Below are positions 61,138 to 64,000 of a stretch of DNA of 64,000 nucleotides, piece after piece; positions within the stretch are counted from its first letter, which is position 1, and each line of letters opens with the position of its first letter. The stretch is from the NCBI RefSeq assembly GCF_009914755.1, contig NC_060928.1; one strand, given 5' to 3'. Position numbers and translations under genes: made by a program. The DNA is from the human T2T-CHM13v2.0 reference genome, Homo sapiens. The notes below the pieces were generated by a model. The model searched no databases and was not told where the DNA came from. It saw only the letters and a program-made list of their open reading frames with translations.

Positions 61138-62373
61138 CTGCCAGTAGATGGAGATAGTAAAATTGAGTCTTTTGGTGACCTCAAATCCTAATCTAGGTGG
61201 TTCAGAATCTTCAATTTCAGATTTTGGAAGTTAAAAAAATTTGAAGGATTGGAAAGACACATAAGCTTGTAAAAATGACTATCTGAGTCAGTCAATGAAC
61301 TTTTATTCATGGACATTTGTACTAATCTTTAAGGGAGCGGGTCTTGGCTGGCATAGAAAAAAATAAAAGAAAGAGCATTATTTGGAATAAAAGAAAGAGC
61401 ATTATTTATTCCCTTGACTCTTCATTCTTCCCAGATCTTGCTCATTAACTCAACTAATAGCTATTGAGTATCTACTCAAAATTGCAGGTTACTAGCCAGA
61501 TACTTTCATATACATTATCTTTTAATGCTTTTAGTAACCCTGCAAAGTAGCAATTATTATCCCTTAATATCTTGTCCCAGAAACTACATATTTAAAAGTT
61601 CCATATGGTAAGGTGACTCTTGCTTGCCAAGGTTTTGTAGTCCTCCCGATGGTGAGTTAAAGACTTCTCAGATTTAGGCAGAATAAGTTTCTTCTTGCTA
61701 TTGATAAAGGGACCTTGAAGTTAGAAATTCATTTGCTAGTGTAAAAATTGGTTTTGTTTTCTTTTGTTTCAAATTAATACAAATCCTCCAATAGCTTTCC
61801 AGGAAGAAATTTTAAAAGCAAAGGTGCAACCATTTTATAGAAATAAAATAAATCCTCTGAAATAAAACAGGATTCATGAATAGAGCTGCACAGAAGTGTT
61901 TGACAATTGCACACTTAAGATCAAATTAATAGGGAAGAACATTAACATCTGTGACTGCTGATAATGACTTACAGAAATAATAAAATTATTTTCATTTTCA
62001 AAGCTAATAGAAAGGCATGAGGTACCTCTTGAAGATGATAAAGAGAATAAACTGAAGAACATTCAAAATTGAACACTGATGAAACTACAAAATAATTCTT
62101 CCATTTTCTCAGTTTAGTAAACCCATTGAATTTTAATTCAATGAAATATATCTCTTATCAAAGGCAAAGTCAAAGTTTTAATATTGCTTGTTGCCATGGT
62201 CTGTGAGTTGATTTCAACACAACACACTTTCAGAGAATGGACATTACACAAATAATCCAAAAAACACCAATGTTAATTGTTTAAGAGTGATATGATAAAA
62301 ATAAAACTACTCTATTTTATAGTCACCTTAATCACTTTGCCCAAATGAATACAAACATCTTTATATCTCTCTC

Positions 62374-62640
62374 TTTTTTTTTTTTTGGTCACCCAGGCTG
62401 AGTGTAGTCTCTGCTCACTGCAACCTCTGCTGCCTGGGTTCAAGCAATTCTCCTGCCTCAACCTCTGTAGTAGCTGGGATTACAGGCACCTGCCACCGCG
62501 CCTGGCCAATTTTTGTAGTTTTAGTAGAGACGGGGTATCACCATCTTGGCCAGGCTGGTCTTGAACTCCTGACCTCATGATCCATCCACCTCAGCCTCCC
62601 AAAGTACTTGGATTATAGGCCTGAGCCACCACAACCGGCC
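62374..62640 (-). mobile_element. AluS with deletions near the tail
   Basis: Alu dimer sequence flanked by degenerate tat(a/g)t..ctct. Confidence 0.88.
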
Positions 62641-64000
62641 TATGTATCTCTTTATAGTTCTTACAATGATTTTCCGATTACAAAAAACCTTCTCATACAT
62701 AAGTTTTTACCAGCTAAAACAACAAATAAAAACTAATTGTATCATGCACACTTAATTATTATGAAAACAGAATTAGTTGTCACAATAAATAAGGGTCATC
62801 ATATAATATCTTGTCTAAACAATACATTTTTGAGAATAAAAGAGAGTGATGTTATTAATTATGTCAGACAAACAGACATAAACTGTGAATATCCCCAGAA
62901 AAACTGGACACTATAATTTTCCTAATGACAACATAAACCTTCAATACAAATCTTTTGAGTCTAAATACTATTTTCTTTCCACTATATTACACTACTCCAG
63001 GAAAATTTTCAACCTGGATGTTTGTGTGATTAATTCACAAGTGTATATTTTCCTATTGCCTCTTTATTCAACTCAGCCCACTGAGTGTAACTTTTTCTTT
63101 GTTTTCGTAAACTTGGCAATAGCTGTTATATTTACAGTACTTTATCTTAAAATAGGTAAAACAACAAAAACAGTAACAATCCTAATAACTTTAATAACTA
63201 ATATGATCCAATAACAGTTTTACTGCTTTTCAGTGGGTTATTTGTGGGGTGTTTCTAATATTACCAATGAAGTAAGAGACATCTTTACCAATTATTAATG
63301 ATTTGCTGGATTCTGGCTTCACTCCACTGCTTGAATCAGTAGGGTTAACATTAATTCTACTTCAGATTATAAATACCGTTCCCGAATTTGATACTCTTAA
63401 AAAGTGGTAAATTTCATATTAACTTAGAGAAGACAAGAGATCATTCCAAATGTGTTCACTGATGAGGGTTAAAAATATGAAAAACTGAATCTTCATTAAA
63501 GTACACATTTCATATCCCTCACAATGAATTCAATTTTCACACATATATTCATTTAATTATTTGATTACTTAGTTTTTAAAGTATCTGCGCATAATTTAAT
63601 TAATAAAATCACTTTTTTTGCCAAAGCTTCTGTTTGTTTCTTGTTTTTTTTGTTGTTGTTGTTTTGGTTTGGTTTAGTTCATTTGTTTGTTTTAACTACT
63701 GTATCTCCTAACACATAGCACAGTGCCTCACACATAATAGACATTCAATAAATATTTGCTGACTGGCTAAACTGCCTAAGAAAAAAGTTTATATTTCACC
63801 TGCAAACATATTTACAAATAAAATTTGGTGGATAAAAAGGGTAATGTAAGGGTTGGTTTCTGAACTACCATTGCTTACTGAAGGCCACTGTGTTAAGAAC
63901 TGACTGAGATCCCCCATATTCTACAAAAAGACACCAGCAACTGATTACCGTGTCATAAAATCTGTTTCTATGGAATAGAGTTATATTAAATTCATACTTG

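Overview
Primate (apparently human) genomic DNA lying wholly inside the PDGFC gene, which is transcribed on the minus strand. Two coding exons are visible. Exon 2 (49868-50063, 196 nt) and exon 3 (10486-10666, 181 nt) together encode the CUB domain and are separated by a 39.2 kb intron. The rest is AT-rich intron containing many Alus, several ERV/MaLR LTRs, a full-length THE1 element with nested insertions, a Tigger1 with an internal inversion, old L1/MIR fragments and microsatellites. Almost all other ORFs in the track are repeat-derived or noise, and I see no novel protein-coding system. The best candidate for undescribed biology is a small cassette in intron 1 (61077-61137). It has a CAG|GTAGGA junction resembling a recursive splice site and two tandem acceptors, giving either a 61-nt stop-containing exon or a 57-nt in-frame exon. 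An inverted repeat about 240 nt upstream could base-pair over the exon body. Repeat subfamily names come from recall of consensus sequences, not from a database search.
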